Source: Desulfatiglandales bacterium
GTDB lineage: Bacteria; Desulfobacterota; DSM-4660; Desulfatiglandales; HGW-15
Reading direction: 5' to 3'
Length of the DNA stretch: 64,000 bases
Assembly: GCA_963667015.2 (NCBI GenBank)
Contig: CAXXJJ010000004.1
Coordinates: forward strand, 3,264,001-3,328,000
Positions 22,722 to 33,527 of this stretch are shown piece after piece. The translations under genes were made by a program, and so were the position numbers. Every line of letters starts with the position of its first letter. The stretch's first letter is position 1. The notes under the pieces are model-generated. The model ran no database searches, was not told where the DNA came from, and saw only the letters and a program-made list of their open reading frames with translations.

Positions 22722-23477
22722 ATGAAAGATATCAGCGCTATAGGATTTGACCTGTTTAACACCCTTATTGTTATTGAGCCTGACACCCTTGTCCATGCAA
22801 TGCAGAGGATGCTCAAAAGCCTTGAAGAAAGCGGTTTTCCCATTGAGGAGTCTACATATATAAGGGATTACAGAGATGCTGCATCAATATATGTTGCCCG
22901 GGCAAGAAGGGATGGCATAGAGACCCATAACAGCATATGGGTAAGCCATGTTCTGAATAATTACGGGATCGATATCCTGCCTGAGGATAAAAGAATAGGC
23001 AAGGCTGTAGATGATTATTTTTCTGCCTTTTATGACAGGGTAAGCCTTATACCGGACACCCTTGAAACCCTGACCACATTAAAACAGTCATACTCACTTG
23101 GCCTGTTATCCAACTTTACACATGCCCCCGCAGCCAGAGAAATATTGATAAGGACAGGACTGGCACCCTGTTTTGATGCCATACTCATCTCCGGTGAAAT
23201 TGGATATCGTAAACCCCATGCCTTTGTCTTTGAAGAGCTCTCAAAAGGCCTGGGTGTTAAAAAAGAAAAGATACTCTTTACAGGAGATGATCCTGAACCG
23301 GATATCCATGGGGCTTCAAAGGCCGGCCTGAATCCTGTCTGGTTCACATATATTATTGACCAGGATGTACCTGTAATAAGGGGCACTATTCAGAGTGAGA
23401 TCACCAAACCCGAGATTGAAGTTCCCCGTGCATCATCATGGAAACAGTTCATGACTATTTTAAACAGGGAAGCCTGA
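22722..23477 (+). CDS. HAD-superfamily hydrolase
   Basis: FDLFNTL, LLSN, RKP, GDDPEPDI motifs. Confidence 0.9.
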   Translation: MKDISAIGFDLFNTLIVIEPDTLVHAMQRMLKSLEESGFPIEESTYIRDYRDAASIYVARARRDGIETHNSIWVSHVLNNYGIDILPEDKRIGKAVDDYFSAFYDRVSLIPDTLETLTTLKQSYSLGLLSNFTHAPAAREILIRTGLAPCFDAILISGEIGYRKPHAFVFEELSKGLGVKKEKILFTGDDPEPDIHGASKAGLNPVWFTYIIDQDVPVIRGTIQSEITKPEIEVPRASSWKQFMTILNREA

Positions 23478-23658
23478 TCCCTGCAGATACAGAACTTGCC
23501 TTGTCTCTACAGAATTATACGTGATCCCTGTTATTCCAATATTCATTTGGACTTGATTAAAAAAAAAACATATGATAGCTGAATATTTTGCACAAAAATC
23601 AATATCTTGTGTTAAACGAACTATAATATTGGAGCTTTAAAATAAGGAGGAGGAAACA

Positions 23659-24420
23659 ATGGATCTTGGGTTAAAAGGACAGATCGCTCTGGTAACCGGA
23701 GCAGGCAGCCAGATAGGCTTTGGTAAGGAAATAGCTTTATCACTGGCAAGAGAAGGCTGTGCAGCAATCGCTGTAACAGATATTAATCTTGATGATGCAA
23801 AACTTACCTGTGAAGCGGTAAAGGCTGCAGGAGCAAAGAGTATAGCCATAAAGGCCGACGTTACAAACAAGGCCGAAGTCGACGCAATGGTAAAAGAGGT
23901 AATAGCTGAGTTTGGTGACATAGATATCCTGTGTAATGTAGCCGGTGCAATCATGTCAGGAGGCCCATTTGAGGAACAGGACCCCGCAATATGGGAAAAA
24001 GAGGTTGCACTCAATCTCTTCAGCCCCATGTATGTTGCTGCAGCAGTACTCCCGAGCATGAGGAAAAAGGGAAAGGGTTCGATCGTCAATATCGGTTCAG
24101 GCAGCTCTCATATGTACAGTCACGGCGTTGGCGTATATGCCCAGGCAAAGGGCGCGGTTGATGTTTTTACAAAACAGCTTGCAACCGCCGAAGCGCCCAA
24201 TAAAATCAGGGTGAATTGTGTTGCCCCCGGTCCTGCACCAACAAACTTCATAAAGGCAGAAGATAAACAGGCGGTTATTGACTTCCTCAAAAAGGAGCTC
24301 CCCCTTGGAAGAGCAACCTCCGCACAGGATATAGCTGCGGCTACACTTTTCTTTGCAGGTGACATATCAATCGATATCAGCGGACAGGTTCTTCATGTAT
24401 CCGGCGCATCAGTAATGTAG
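23659..24420 (+). CDS. Short-chain dehydrogenase/reductase
   Basis: TGAGSQIGFG, YAQAK (YxxxK), IRVNCVAPG; AGGAGG RBS. Confidence 0.92.
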   Translation: MDLGLKGQIALVTGAGSQIGFGKEIALSLAREGCAAIAVTDINLDDAKLTCEAVKAAGAKSIAIKADVTNKAEVDAMVKEVIAEFGDIDILCNVAGAIMSGGPFEEQDPAIWEKEVALNLFSPMYVAAAVLPSMRKKGKGSIVNIGSGSSHMYSHGVGVYAQAKGAVDVFTKQLATAEAPNKIRVNCVAPGPAPTNFIKAEDKQAVIDFLKKELPLGRATSAQDIAAATLFFAGDISIDISGQVLHVSGASVM

Positions 24421-24456
24421 CAGGTATTTGATTAATAGATTAATTTCTCGTCTTAC

Positions 24457-24499
24457 GGCTGCAGCTTCTTAAAAAAAATAAAGAGGCTGCAGCCTTTTT
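24457..24499 (+). terminator. Intrinsic terminator
   Basis: GGCTGCAGCTTCTT...AAGAGGCTGCAGCC-TTTTT. Confidence 0.8.
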
Positions 24500-24625
24500 C
24501 ATGGTGGAATGGCATTCCTGTTGAAAAATCATGGGTCAGTTTGAGGAAGAACTGCCGAAAGTTCATCTCCCTTGACACTCATCTTTTTATTATTAAAATT
24601 GTTTAATTAAAGGAGGTATAACATT

Positions 24626-24832
24626 ATGGAGGAAAAAATATTTCACATACCCAACATTTCATGCGGCCACTGTGTAAACAGCATAAAAAATGAACTTGAA
24701 GAACTTGACGGAATTTTAAAGGTTTCAGGAGATCCGGAAAAAAGAGTAATAAACGTTGAATGGGAAAGTCCTGCAACTGTTGAAACAATAAAAGAAACAC
24801 TCGCTGAGATAAATTACCCTGCAGCTGACTAA
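24626..24832 (+). CDS. Heavy-metal-associated domain protein (CopZ-like copper chaperone)
   Basis: ISCGHCV CxxC motif, 68 aa, AGGAGG RBS, TTGACA-N16-TAAAAT upstream. Confidence 0.88.
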   Translation: MEEKIFHIPNISCGHCVNSIKNELEELDGILKVSGDPEKRVINVEWESPATVETIKETLAEINYPAAD

Positions 24833-25171
24833 CCTGTATGGATTTACAGGAAAAATATGCATAAGGCCTTTGGATACAGATGTTACGGTAAAGTAAATCC
24901 TGATTAAAAAACCTGTAGATTTTCCAGATTTGTGAATCCAGTCATAGGGGACTCTGAACCTTTCACCCAGATCTTTTATTACTAAAATTAATTTTCGGAA
25001 CAAAACCCGGACAGACCCTGTCTAACGGTTAATGTGAACCCACATTTGAACTATCTTTTACCTTGACTAACATATGTATTTGGATTAAAAGTTAATGTTC
25101 AAATTATTAAAATAATTAAATAAAATCATCATTCACTATAATTTTTAAATACTTATATCGGTCTAATTATT

Positions 25172-26656
25172 ATGGAAAAAACAAGCACGGTTATAGAAGA
25201 TAGAAAGAAGAAAATCGATCGTTTAAAAGAAATGGGAATCAACCCCTATCCCGCCGGATATAAATTTGACCTCAAGGCCAGTGAGGCGGTTGAGAAATTC
25301 GGCAAAATCAGTGGTGAGGAACTGGAAAAGGACGATACCTCCTATTCCCTTGCAGGCAGGATAATGTCAATGAGGGTATTCGGGAAGGCCGCCTTTATTC
25401 ATATAAAAGACAGTTCAGGAATGCTGCAGGCCTATATCAGAAAAGATAAGGTAGGAGATGAAGGCTATCAGCTTTTCAAACTGATGGATATTGGGGACTA
25501 TGTCGGCCTAACAGGCTCCTTTTTTAAGACAAAAACCGATGAACTGACTATTGTTGCAACGGAAATAAGACTTTTAACAAAGTCTGTAAGGCCTTTACCG
25601 GAAAAATGGCACGGGCTAACGGATATAGAAACAAGATACCGTCAGCGTTATGTGGACCTCATCGTAAATGACGAAGTAAGGGACGTTTTTAAAACCCGAA
25701 GCAAAATCGTCAGTTTTTTCAGGCAGTTCTTCAACTCCATGGACTTTCTGGAGGTTGAAACGCCAATGATGCAGACCATACCCGGAGGAGCAACCGCCAG
25801 ACCATTCAAGACGTATCATAATGCCCTTGGAATGGATCTTTACCTCAGGATCGCGCCAGAGCTCTTTCTTAAAAGGCTTATTGTGGGCGGACTGGACAGG
25901 GTCTATGAAATAAACAGGAATTTCAGAAACGAGGGTATTTCGGTAAAGCATAACCCTGAATTCACAATGCTGGAATTTTATATGGCATATGCTACCTATG
26001 AAGATCTCATGGATCTTACCGAGAAACTCTTCAGTCAGCTGCTTACCGAGATATGCGGCAAGCTGGTGATAGAATACCAGGGCAGCCAGATTGATTTTAC
26101 ACCGCCATGGCCCAGGATATCTTTATATGATTCGATCAGGGAAGTGGGCGGTGCAGTTGATGATGTATTTGAAAATCTTGAGGCTGCAATTGAGTTTGCA
26201 CACTCAAAAAATATCACCCTTTCCAAAATGGACAGCCATGGAAAGGTTCTTGAAAAAATCTTTGACCAGCTTGTAGAACCAAGGTTGATCAACCCGACAT
26301 TTATTATCGGGCATCCGACCGAGATTTCACCTTTATCAAGGAAAAATGATGAGAATCCGGATATTGTCGACAGATTCGAGCTGTTTATCGCCGGTAAAGA
26401 GATAGCCAATGCATTTACAGAATTAAATGACCCGGATGATCAGCGTGGAAGATTTGAGAATCAGGTAGCATTGAGAGAATCAGGAGATGATGAGGCGCAG
26501 TTCATGGATGAAGACTATGTTACAGCCCTTGAATATGGCCTTCCGCCTACGGCAGGACAGGGTATAGGAATAGACAGGGTTGTCATGCTGTTGACCAATT
26601 CTCCATCTATCAGAGACGTGATCCTTTTTCCGCATATGCGAAACAAACAGGTATAA
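25172..26656 (+). CDS. lysS: Lysine--tRNA ligase (class II)
   Basis: RYRQRYVDL, LRIAPELFLKRL, FRNEG, HNPEFT, GIGIDR. Confidence 0.98.
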   Translation: MEKTSTVIEDRKKKIDRLKEMGINPYPAGYKFDLKASEAVEKFGKISGEELEKDDTSYSLAGRIMSMRVFGKAAFIHIKDSSGMLQAYIRKDKVGDEGYQLFKLMDIGDYVGLTGSFFKTKTDELTIVATEIRLLTKSVRPLPEKWHGLTDIETRYRQRYVDLIVNDEVRDVFKTRSKIVSFFRQFFNSMDFLEVETPMMQTIPGGATARPFKTYHNALGMDLYLRIAPELFLKRLIVGGLDRVYEINRNFRNEGISVKHNPEFTMLEFYMAYATYEDLMDLTEKLFSQLLTEICGKLVIEYQGSQIDFTPPWPRISLYDSIREVGGAVDDVFENLEAAIEFAHSKNITLSKMDSHGKVLEKIFDQLVEPRLINPTFIIGHPTEISPLSRKNDENPDIVDRFELFIAGKEIANAFTELNDPDDQRGRFENQVALRESGDDEAQFMDEDYVTALEYGLPPTAGQGIGIDRVVMLLTNSPSIRDVILFPHMRNKQV

Positions 26657-26701
26657 CAAGAAAGGCGCTCCCCCGGTTAAAACCCGGGGGTTCCATTTTA
26701 A

Positions 26702-27928
26702 ATGCTATTTGAAATATTCTTAAGCTTGAGATATCTCAGGGCCAAACGAAAGCAGGCCTTTATCTCGGTAATATCCCTTATCTCCATCGTGGGTGTCACA
26801 GTTGGCATTATGGCACTTATCGTGGTCCTTTCCGTGATGAATGGCTTCCGAAAGGAACTCATAACAAAATCTCTGGGAATTACACCGCATGTCAGGATAC
26901 AAAATTACGAAGGCGTTATAAGCGATTATGACAGACTGATGGAAGAAGTTAAGTCCGTGGACGGGGTTGTTGAAACCTCGGCCGCAATCTTTAAAGAAGT
27001 AGGAATAACTGCCATTTATACCACAGGTGTTTACCTCTCAGGAGTGAATCCTGAAACCATTACCAGAGTAATCGATATTAACAGCATGATGACAGAGGGG
27101 GATATTTCTTCCTTAGAAAATTCTAACGAGGATATCCCCGGTATAATTCTCGGGAACGAACTGGCAAGAACTCAACAGGTCGAACCCGGAGATACACTGA
27201 CGGTCATATCTCCCGGAGCAGCAAGACTTACGCCCCTCGGCAGGGTTCCCCGCAGGCAGAAGTTCAGGGTCACAGGAATTTTTTCATCCGGCCTGTATGA
27301 GTATGATGTTCGTCTGGCCTTTGTCTCTCTTCCTGAGGCGCAAAAACTTTTCGGGATCGAAGGCAGTGTGAATCAGATCAGTGTAAAGGTCGATAATGCG
27401 GAAAAGTCAGGGACAATAAGCAAAAAGATCAGAAGTATGCTTGGCAGTGAATACTGGGTACAGGACTGGACAGCCGCAAACCGCAGCATACTGGATGCAC
27501 TGCAGCTTGAAAAACACACCATGTTCGTTATACTGGCAATGATTGTAATGGTGGGGGCACTGAATATAATCAGCGGCCTGGTAATGACGGTAATAGAAAA
27601 ATCAAAGGATATTGCCATCCTGAGAACAATGGGCGCCACAAAAAAGAGCATTATGACTGTTTTTATGGTTCAGGGACTCTTTGTAGGAATAGTCGGAACA
27701 CTGACAGGAGTAGGACTGGGGCTGGGCATATGTTACCTGCTTAAGACATATCTGCATATTCCGATTCCATCCGATGTATACCCTGTCTCAAACCTGCCGG
27801 TACTGGTAGACTGGATCGATGTCCTGGTTGTGGTAATAGCCGGTCTCTTCCTCTCCTTTTTAACAACTATTTACCCGTCCTGGCACGCGTCACGCATGAA
27901 TCCGGTTGAAACATTAAGGTACGAATAA
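26702..27928 (+). CDS. lolE: Lipoprotein-releasing ABC permease LolC/E
   Basis: SLRYLRAKRK...VLSVMNGF, DIAILRTMGA, YPSWHASRMNPVETLRYE. Confidence 0.92.
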   Translation: MLFEIFLSLRYLRAKRKQAFISVISLISIVGVTVGIMALIVVLSVMNGFRKELITKSLGITPHVRIQNYEGVISDYDRLMEEVKSVDGVVETSAAIFKEVGITAIYTTGVYLSGVNPETITRVIDINSMMTEGDISSLENSNEDIPGIILGNELARTQQVEPGDTLTVISPGAARLTPLGRVPRRQKFRVTGIFSSGLYEYDVRLAFVSLPEAQKLFGIEGSVNQISVKVDNAEKSGTISKKIRSMLGSEYWVQDWTAANRSILDALQLEKHTMFVILAMIVMVGALNIISGLVMTVIEKSKDIAILRTMGATKKSIMTVFMVQGLFVGIVGTLTGVGLGLGICYLLKTYLHIPIPSDVYPVSNLPVLVDWIDVLVVVIAGLFLSFLTTIYPSWHASRMNPVETLRYE

Positions 27929-27948
27929 CAGGCCATGGAATATTATAC

Positions 27949-28611
27949 ATGCTTGAATTAACAGATATTTATAAAACATATAAACATAATGGGAACAATA
28001 TTGATGTCCTTAAGGGAATCAATATCACTGTTAATCAGGGAGACAGCCTGGCCATTATCGGTGCATCCGGTGTTGGAAAATCCACCCTGTTGAATATAAT
28101 GGGTGCACTGGAGCAGCCTTCAAAGGGGTATGTAAAAATCCAGGGTAAGAATATTACGGAATTTGATGAATCAGGGCTGTGCAGTTTAAGAAATAAAGAG
28201 ATCGGTTTTGTTTTTCAGTTTCATCATTTACTCCCTGAGTTTAATGCACTTGAAAATACAGTGATGCCTGCCCTTATCTCCAGAATGGGGATGAAGGAAT
28301 CAAAGGAAAGGGCGAAAATAATACTTACAAAGGTGGGGCTTGCCAATCGCCTTAATCACAGGATAGGAGAACTCTCTGGTGGAGAACAGCAACGGGTGGC
28401 CATTGCAAGGGCACTCATGATGCAGCCCAGGCTTCTTCTGGCTGACGAACCCACAGGAAACCTGGATAGAAATACAGGTAAGGATATAGTTGATCTTCTC
28501 CTCCGCATAAGGGAAGAGGAGGGTTTGAGCATGGTTATAGTTACCCATAATCAGCAGTTGGCGGATAATATGACAAAGGTAATGGAGATTGTCGATGGTA
28601 AATTACAGTAG
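27949..28611 (+). CDS. lolD: Lipoprotein-releasing ABC ATPase
   Basis: [40 protein letters not shown]. Confidence 0.95.
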   Translation: MLELTDIYKTYKHNGNNIDVLKGINITVNQGDSLAIIGASGVGKSTLLNIMGALEQPSKGYVKIQGKNITEFDESGLCSLRNKEIGFVFQFHHLLPEFNALENTVMPALISRMGMKESKERAKIILTKVGLANRLNHRIGELSGGEQQRVAIARALMMQPRLLLADEPTGNLDRNTGKDIVDLLLRIREEEGLSMVIVTHNQQLADNMTKVMEIVDGKLQ

Positions 28612-31375
28612 AATTAATGAAGAGAAATCCTTAAAAACTAAAAGTAACCCTCTACAGGCAACAAAAAGGAAATACTGCCTTACTCTCTTGTTTTTTCTGG
28701 CATTACTGCCAGCAATATTCTCCTGCCCGCTTCAGTCTTTTGGACAGGATAAAGGGACAGTTGCGGTCCTGCCATTTAAAATAGAACCTGCAGAAACTGC
28801 AGGAAACCTGAATACAACCCTGCAGGAAATATTTTCCCAACAGCTGACTAAACTGGGCTATAAGGTATTAAATACCGAAATGATTAACGCCATACTTGGT
28901 GATACCGTTTCATTCTCAGCCCCTGAAAAGAACATCATACCTTTCGCCAAAACCAATAATGCCGACTGGATCGTCATGGGGGAAATAACAGAAAAAGAAG
29001 GCAGCATTCAATTGGATGTAAAGGGTTTAGACACTGCATCTGCAAAGACTCCATTTTCCGTTATGATGGTTGCAAAGGACAGAGAAAGCCTTCCCGAATC
29101 AATTAAAAAAATAGCCGAAAGCCTGGGATCCCAGATAAAAAATAACATCATTATATCGGAAATAATTGTCAAAGGCAGCAAACGGGCAAGTGAAGACGCT
29201 ATACGGAACATTATAGAAAGCCAGAAGGGCGATCCCTTTGATGCGGAAAAGCTGGATAGAGACCTGCGGACCATTTACAGGATGGGATTTTTTGAGGATA
29301 TGAATTATGATTATTCCGACACCCCGAACGGCAGGGCAGTTACCTTTAACCTTGTTGAAAAGCCAACTATTATAGGAATAACCTTTGAAGGCAATAAATA
29401 TAAGAAAGAGGAGAAACTCACAGAAGAACTGGGAATGAGGAAATATTCGGCCCTTAACCGAAATGAAGTTAAGCAGAGCGTTAACAGGCTTCTGGAATTC
29501 TACAGAAATGACGGATATTACAATGTTGAAATAAAACCACAGGTCAAGACTCTTGAAGATGAAAATGAGGTAATCCTTAATTATGTGATAAAGGAAGGCG
29601 AAAAGGTATATATAAAAGACATAGTGTTTAGAGGGAACAATGTATTTGATGACGATGATCTTAAAGATATCATGCTCACAAAAGAAAAGGGATGGCTTAC
29701 ATGGTTTACGGATTCGGGGGTGCTTGACAAGAGTAAACTGGAGTTCGACCTTCAGAGAATAAGGATTTTTTATGATAATCACGGTTATATCAAGGCGCAG
29801 GTAGGTGAACCTGAAATAACCTATGATGAAGAGGAAGATGGACTTATATTAACTATCAATATTGTTGAAGAAGAGCAGTATATGGTTAATGATGTTATCA
29901 TTGAAGGAGACCTCCTGAGACCTGCAGAGGTTCTCCGCACCCTTCTCCCCATCAAAAAAGGCGATCCCTTCAGCCGCCAGGTAATATACACCGAAAAACA
30001 GAATATCCTGGATCTGTATGCTGATCTGGGGTATGCCTATGCAGAGGCAATCCCTTCATCAAGTGATATAGAGGGCACGAACCTTGTAAATGTTATTTTA
30101 AACATAAAGAAAAATAAAAGGGTTAGGATTGAAAGAATCAATATATATGGAAACGAGATAACCCAGGACAAGGTACTTAGAAGAGAACTCTTACTTGCCG
30201 AAGGTGACTATTTCAGCAGAATAAAACTTGAAGGAAGCAAGGCAAGGCTTGAACGTATTGAGATCTTTGAAAATCAGGAAGCAAAAATTCGTAAAGGCAG
30301 CAGTGATGACCTGATGATGATCGACATCGGGGGAGAAGAAAAGCTTCGGAGATCCATTTCCTTTTCAGCAGGATATGGGGGTTATGAAAAATTCATGTTT
30401 CAGCTCCAGTATGCAAATAACAATCTCTTCGGCAGGGGACAGAATTTTTCACTTGATGCCCTGTTAGGCGGCACAACAACAAGATTTAATGCCACACTCA
30501 CGGAGCCATGGCTTTTTGATAAACCGGTCAGGGGAACAATAACCGGCTATAAGTGGGACATGGATTATGACGAGTTTACAAGAAAACGTGTGGGAGGCGC
30601 AGGAGGCCTTGGATTTCTCATTGGACTGGATGAGTTTACAAGGGGAACAGTAAATTATTCATATGACAAATCTGAGATAACGGACATCTTTTCAAGCGCA
30701 TCAGATTATATCAAGAACTCGGAAGGAATAACTGTTACGAGCAGTGCGACAATCGGAATAGAGCGCAACAGTAAAAACAGGTGGTGGGATACAAGCAGCG
30801 GATCATTAAATTATTTTACATTTGAGTATGCAGGCGGGTTTCTTGGCGGTAATTCTGCCTTTAATAAATATATCCTCAGTTCAACGTTCTATTTTCCAAT
30901 ATTTAAAAAGACGGTGTTTGTCGTGAGCACTGAACTGGGCCTTGCCCAGGGCAGGTCCGGCGGCAGCCTTGAAGCATGCAAAAATTTTGAATTCAGCTGC
31001 GGACTGCCAATATACGAAAGATTTCTTCTTGGAGGTATTGACTCTGTAAGGGGATATGAATGGGGTTCTATTTCTCCGATTGATGATATAACCCGCAGTC
31101 AGCTGGGCGGTACCAGGAAATGGCTCTATAAGCTTGAATACAGGGTTCCCCTTGTTAAGGGGGAGGGCCTGACCGGGCTTATATTCTTTGATGCAGGCAA
31201 CTCTTTTAACAGGGATATGGACTGGAACGAAGGCGCGGGGAAATCTGTTGGTTTTGGTATAAGGTGGGATTCGCCAATGGGGCCCTTACGGCTTGAATAC
31301 GGGCACAAACTTAAAGACAGCGCGAGCGATCCCGACAGCGGCAGGTTTGAATTTAAGATCAGCGGATCTTACTAA
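28589..31375 (+). CDS. bamA: Outer membrane protein assembly factor with extra N-terminal domain
   Basis: POTRA repeats, VRGY motif, GIRWDSPMGPLRLEYG, aromatic C-terminus; start uncertain. Confidence 0.95.
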   Translation: MSMVNYSRINEEKSLKTKSNPLQATKRKYCLTLLFFLALLPAIFSCPLQSFGQDKGTVAVLPFKIEPAETAGNLNTTLQEIFSQQLTKLGYKVLNTEMINAILGDTVSFSAPEKNIIPFAKTNNADWIVMGEITEKEGSIQLDVKGLDTASAKTPFSVMMVAKDRESLPESIKKIAESLGSQIKNNIIISEIIVKGSKRASEDAIRNIIESQKGDPFDAEKLDRDLRTIYRMGFFEDMNYDYSDTPNGRAVTFNLVEKPTIIGITFEGNKYKKEEKLTEELGMRKYSALNRNEVKQSVNRLLEFYRNDGYYNVEIKPQVKTLEDENEVILNYVIKEGEKVYIKDIVFRGNNVFDDDDLKDIMLTKEKGWLTWFTDSGVLDKSKLEFDLQRIRIFYDNHGYIKAQVGEPEITYDEEEDGLILTINIVEEEQYMVNDVIIEGDLLRPAEVLRTLLPIKKGDPFSRQVIYTEKQNILDLYADLGYAYAEAIPSSSDIEGTNLVNVILNIKKNKRVRIERINIYGNEITQDKVLRRELLLAEGDYFSRIKLEGSKARLERIEIFENQEAKIRKGSSDDLMMIDIGGEEKLRRSISFSAGYGGYEKFMFQLQYANNNLFGRGQNFSLDALLGGTTTRFNATLTEPWLFDKPVRGTITGYKWDMDYDEFTRKRVGGAGGLGFLIGLDEFTRGTVNYSYDKSEITDIFSSASDYIKNSEGITVTSSATIGIERNSKNRWWDTSSGSLNYFTFEYAGGFLGGNSAFNKYILSSTFYFPIFKKTVFVVSTELGLAQGRSGGSLEACKNFEFSCGLPIYERFLLGGIDSVRGYEWGSISPIDDITRSQLGGTRKWLYKLEYRVPLVKGEGLTGLIFFDAGNSFNRDMDWNEGAGKSVGFGIRWDSPMGPLRLEYGHKLKDSASDPDSGRFEFKISGSY

Positions 31376-31435
31376 AAAAATAAATAACAGTTTTAAGAGT
31401 TTACAAACATATAAATTTGAAAGGGGATAAACAAC

Positions 31436-31959
31436 ATGAAACAACTAACCGGAAGTATAATCCTTGCACTGGCAATCTTAACATTTCAATTCAGCGCCGG
31501 AGCTGCTGAACCATTAAAGATTGGAGTTCTGGATCTTCAAAGATGCATTCAGGAATCAAACGAAGGTAAAAGAATTGCTGATTCTTTACAGAAAAAACAG
31601 AAGGAAATGGTTGATGATCTGAAGAAAAAGAGCAGGAACTGCGTGATCTACAGGGTGACCTGGAAAAACAGAGCCTCATGATGAGCCCTGATGCAAAGGA
31701 AAGCAAACAGAAGGATTTCGAAAAAAAGCAGCGTGATTACAGTTACAGTGTCCAGTATGTGAGAGAAGATATGCAGAAGGCAGAGAACGATGCCCGTATT
31801 GCTATCCTTAGGGTCCTTTCTGGTGTTGTAGATACTATTGCAAAAGATAAAAAATATGACATGATCGCAGAAAAATCCAACGGCGGTATTCTTTTTGTTT
31901 CCAAGGCACTGGATATAACTGATGAGGTAATCACAGAGCTCAACAAGGTCAAACCATAG
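31436..31959 (+). CDS. skp: OmpH/Skp chaperone, split by a single-base deletion near 31625-31629
   Basis: ORFs 31436..31681 and 31678..31959 join into one OmpH if one A is added to GAAGAAAAAGAG; signal peptide, KIGVLDLQR, DITDEVITELN. Confidence 0.88.
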
Positions 31960-31994
31960 CTGCTGCCTGCAGCCTGGTCTACTTTTAAGATTTA

Positions 31995-33029
31995 ATGAGG
32001 TTTAACTTGGATCTTAATCTTGAAAAAATCGCCGAACATATAAAGGGCACGGTAATCAGGGATAAACAGGGCCAGATAACCGGAATCAACTCCCTGGAAA
32101 ATGCGAAAGAGGGGGATATCGCCTTTTTTTATGATATGAGGTATAAAGAACAGGCATTGGGAACCAGGGCAACTGCCCTGGTAGTATCTGAGTCAATAGA
32201 AGGTTTTGCCGGCGGGCAGATACTGGTGGACAATCCCAAACTGGCCTATGCAAGACTTGCTGCCCTGTTCGCGCCTCCTGTTGCTGCATATCAGGGTATC
32301 AGCAGGGAGGCTGTAGTTGAAGAGAGCGCTGTAACCGGAAAAGACGTATCAATCTACCCGATGGTCTATGTGGGTAATAATGCTGTAATAGGTGACAATG
32401 TCATTCTTTTTCCGGGTGTTTTTATCGGGAACAATGTAAAGATCGGAAATAACAGCATACTGCATCCCAATGTTTCTGTTATCCATGACTGTACAATCGG
32501 AGCGAATGTTATAATCCATGCAGGATGTGTAATAGGCAGCGACGGTTTCGGATATGTCCAGAGCAAGGAAGGGAATATCAAGGTTCCTCAACTGGGAAAT
32601 GTCCGGATAGATGATGATGTTGAAATAGGAGCAAATACTACTGTTGACCGTGCAGCCCATGGGACCACCCACATAAAAAAAGGTGTAAAAATAGACAATC
32701 TTGTACAGATTGCCCATAATGTTGTTATCGGGGAACACAGTATCGTCGTGGCATTGACAGGTATTTCAGGCAGTGTAAATGTAGGCAAAAATGTTATCAT
32801 AGGAGGCCAGGTAGGCATCAAGGATCACATAACCATTGGGGACTGGGCACAGGTTGGTTCTGCTGCCGGAGTACATAAGTCAATTGCCGAAGGCGAGGCA
32901 GTCCTGGGAAATCCTACAATGCCGCCCAGGCAGTGGATGGAAACACGAGCACTGATAAAAAAACTCCCTGAATTGAATAAAAAAGTAAAGGAACTTGAAA
33001 AAAAACTCAAGGCCATTGAAGATAAGTAA
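31995..33029 (+). CDS. lpxD: UDP-3-O-acylglucosamine N-acyltransferase
   Basis: Hexapeptide repeats, [26 protein letters not shown]. Confidence 0.97.
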   Translation: MRFNLDLNLEKIAEHIKGTVIRDKQGQITGINSLENAKEGDIAFFYDMRYKEQALGTRATALVVSESIEGFAGGQILVDNPKLAYARLAALFAPPVAAYQGISREAVVEESAVTGKDVSIYPMVYVGNNAVIGDNVILFPGVFIGNNVKIGNNSILHPNVSVIHDCTIGANVIIHAGCVIGSDGFGYVQSKEGNIKVPQLGNVRIDDDVEIGANTTVDRAAHGTTHIKKGVKIDNLVQIAHNVVIGEHSIVVALTGISGSVNVGKNVIIGGQVGIKDHITIGDWAQVGSAAGVHKSIAEGEAVLGNPTMPPRQWMETRALIKKLPELNKKVKELEKKLKAIEDK

Positions 33030-33062
33030 TAAAGAAAAACCCGGAAAATAGAGAGAGAAACT

Positions 33063-33512
33063 ATGGAACTTCCAATAACATATAAGGAGATAGTCAAACT
33101 ACTCCCCCATCGCTACCCTTTTCTGCTCGTTGACAGGATTACGGAATATGAACCCTTGAAAAGGGCTGTCGGATATAAAAACGTAACCGCCAACGAAGAG
33201 TTTTTCCAGGGACATTTTCCCGGGGACCCCATTATGCCGGGAGTATTGATAGTAGAGGCAATGGGCCAGACAGCAGGTATCCTTGCCCGTCTTTCCATGA
33301 TGGAAGGTGAGGAAGGAGATATTAAGCCTGGACTTGTGATTTTTATGGGCATTGACAAGGTAAAATTCAGAAGACAGGTTGTCCCTGGAGATCAGCTCAG
33401 GTTTGAAGTGGAAACCATCAGGACAGGCTCAAAGGTCTGGAAAATTGCTGGCAAGGCCTATGTAGAAGACAGCCTTGCCGCCCAGGCGGAAATGACAGCG
33501 CAGCTCCTTTAA
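33063..33512 (+). CDS. fabZ: 3-hydroxyacyl-ACP dehydratase
   Basis: LPHRYPFLLVDR, FFQGHFPGDPIMPGVLIVEAMGQ. Confidence 0.97.
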   Translation: MELPITYKEIVKLLPHRYPFLLVDRITEYEPLKRAVGYKNVTANEEFFQGHFPGDPIMPGVLIVEAMGQTAGILARLSMMEGEEGDIKPGLVIFMGIDKVKFRRQVVPGDQLRFEVETIRTGSKVWKIAGKAYVEDSLAAQAEMTAQLL

Positions 33513-33527
33513 TCGTGTGTACTATAA

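Noticed and set aside
24835..25170. Possible ncRNA or small ORF (24725..25003 -) upstream of lysS
   Set aside because: Only short hairpins; no recognisable riboswitch, T-box or 6S features by eye; an Rfam search would be needed
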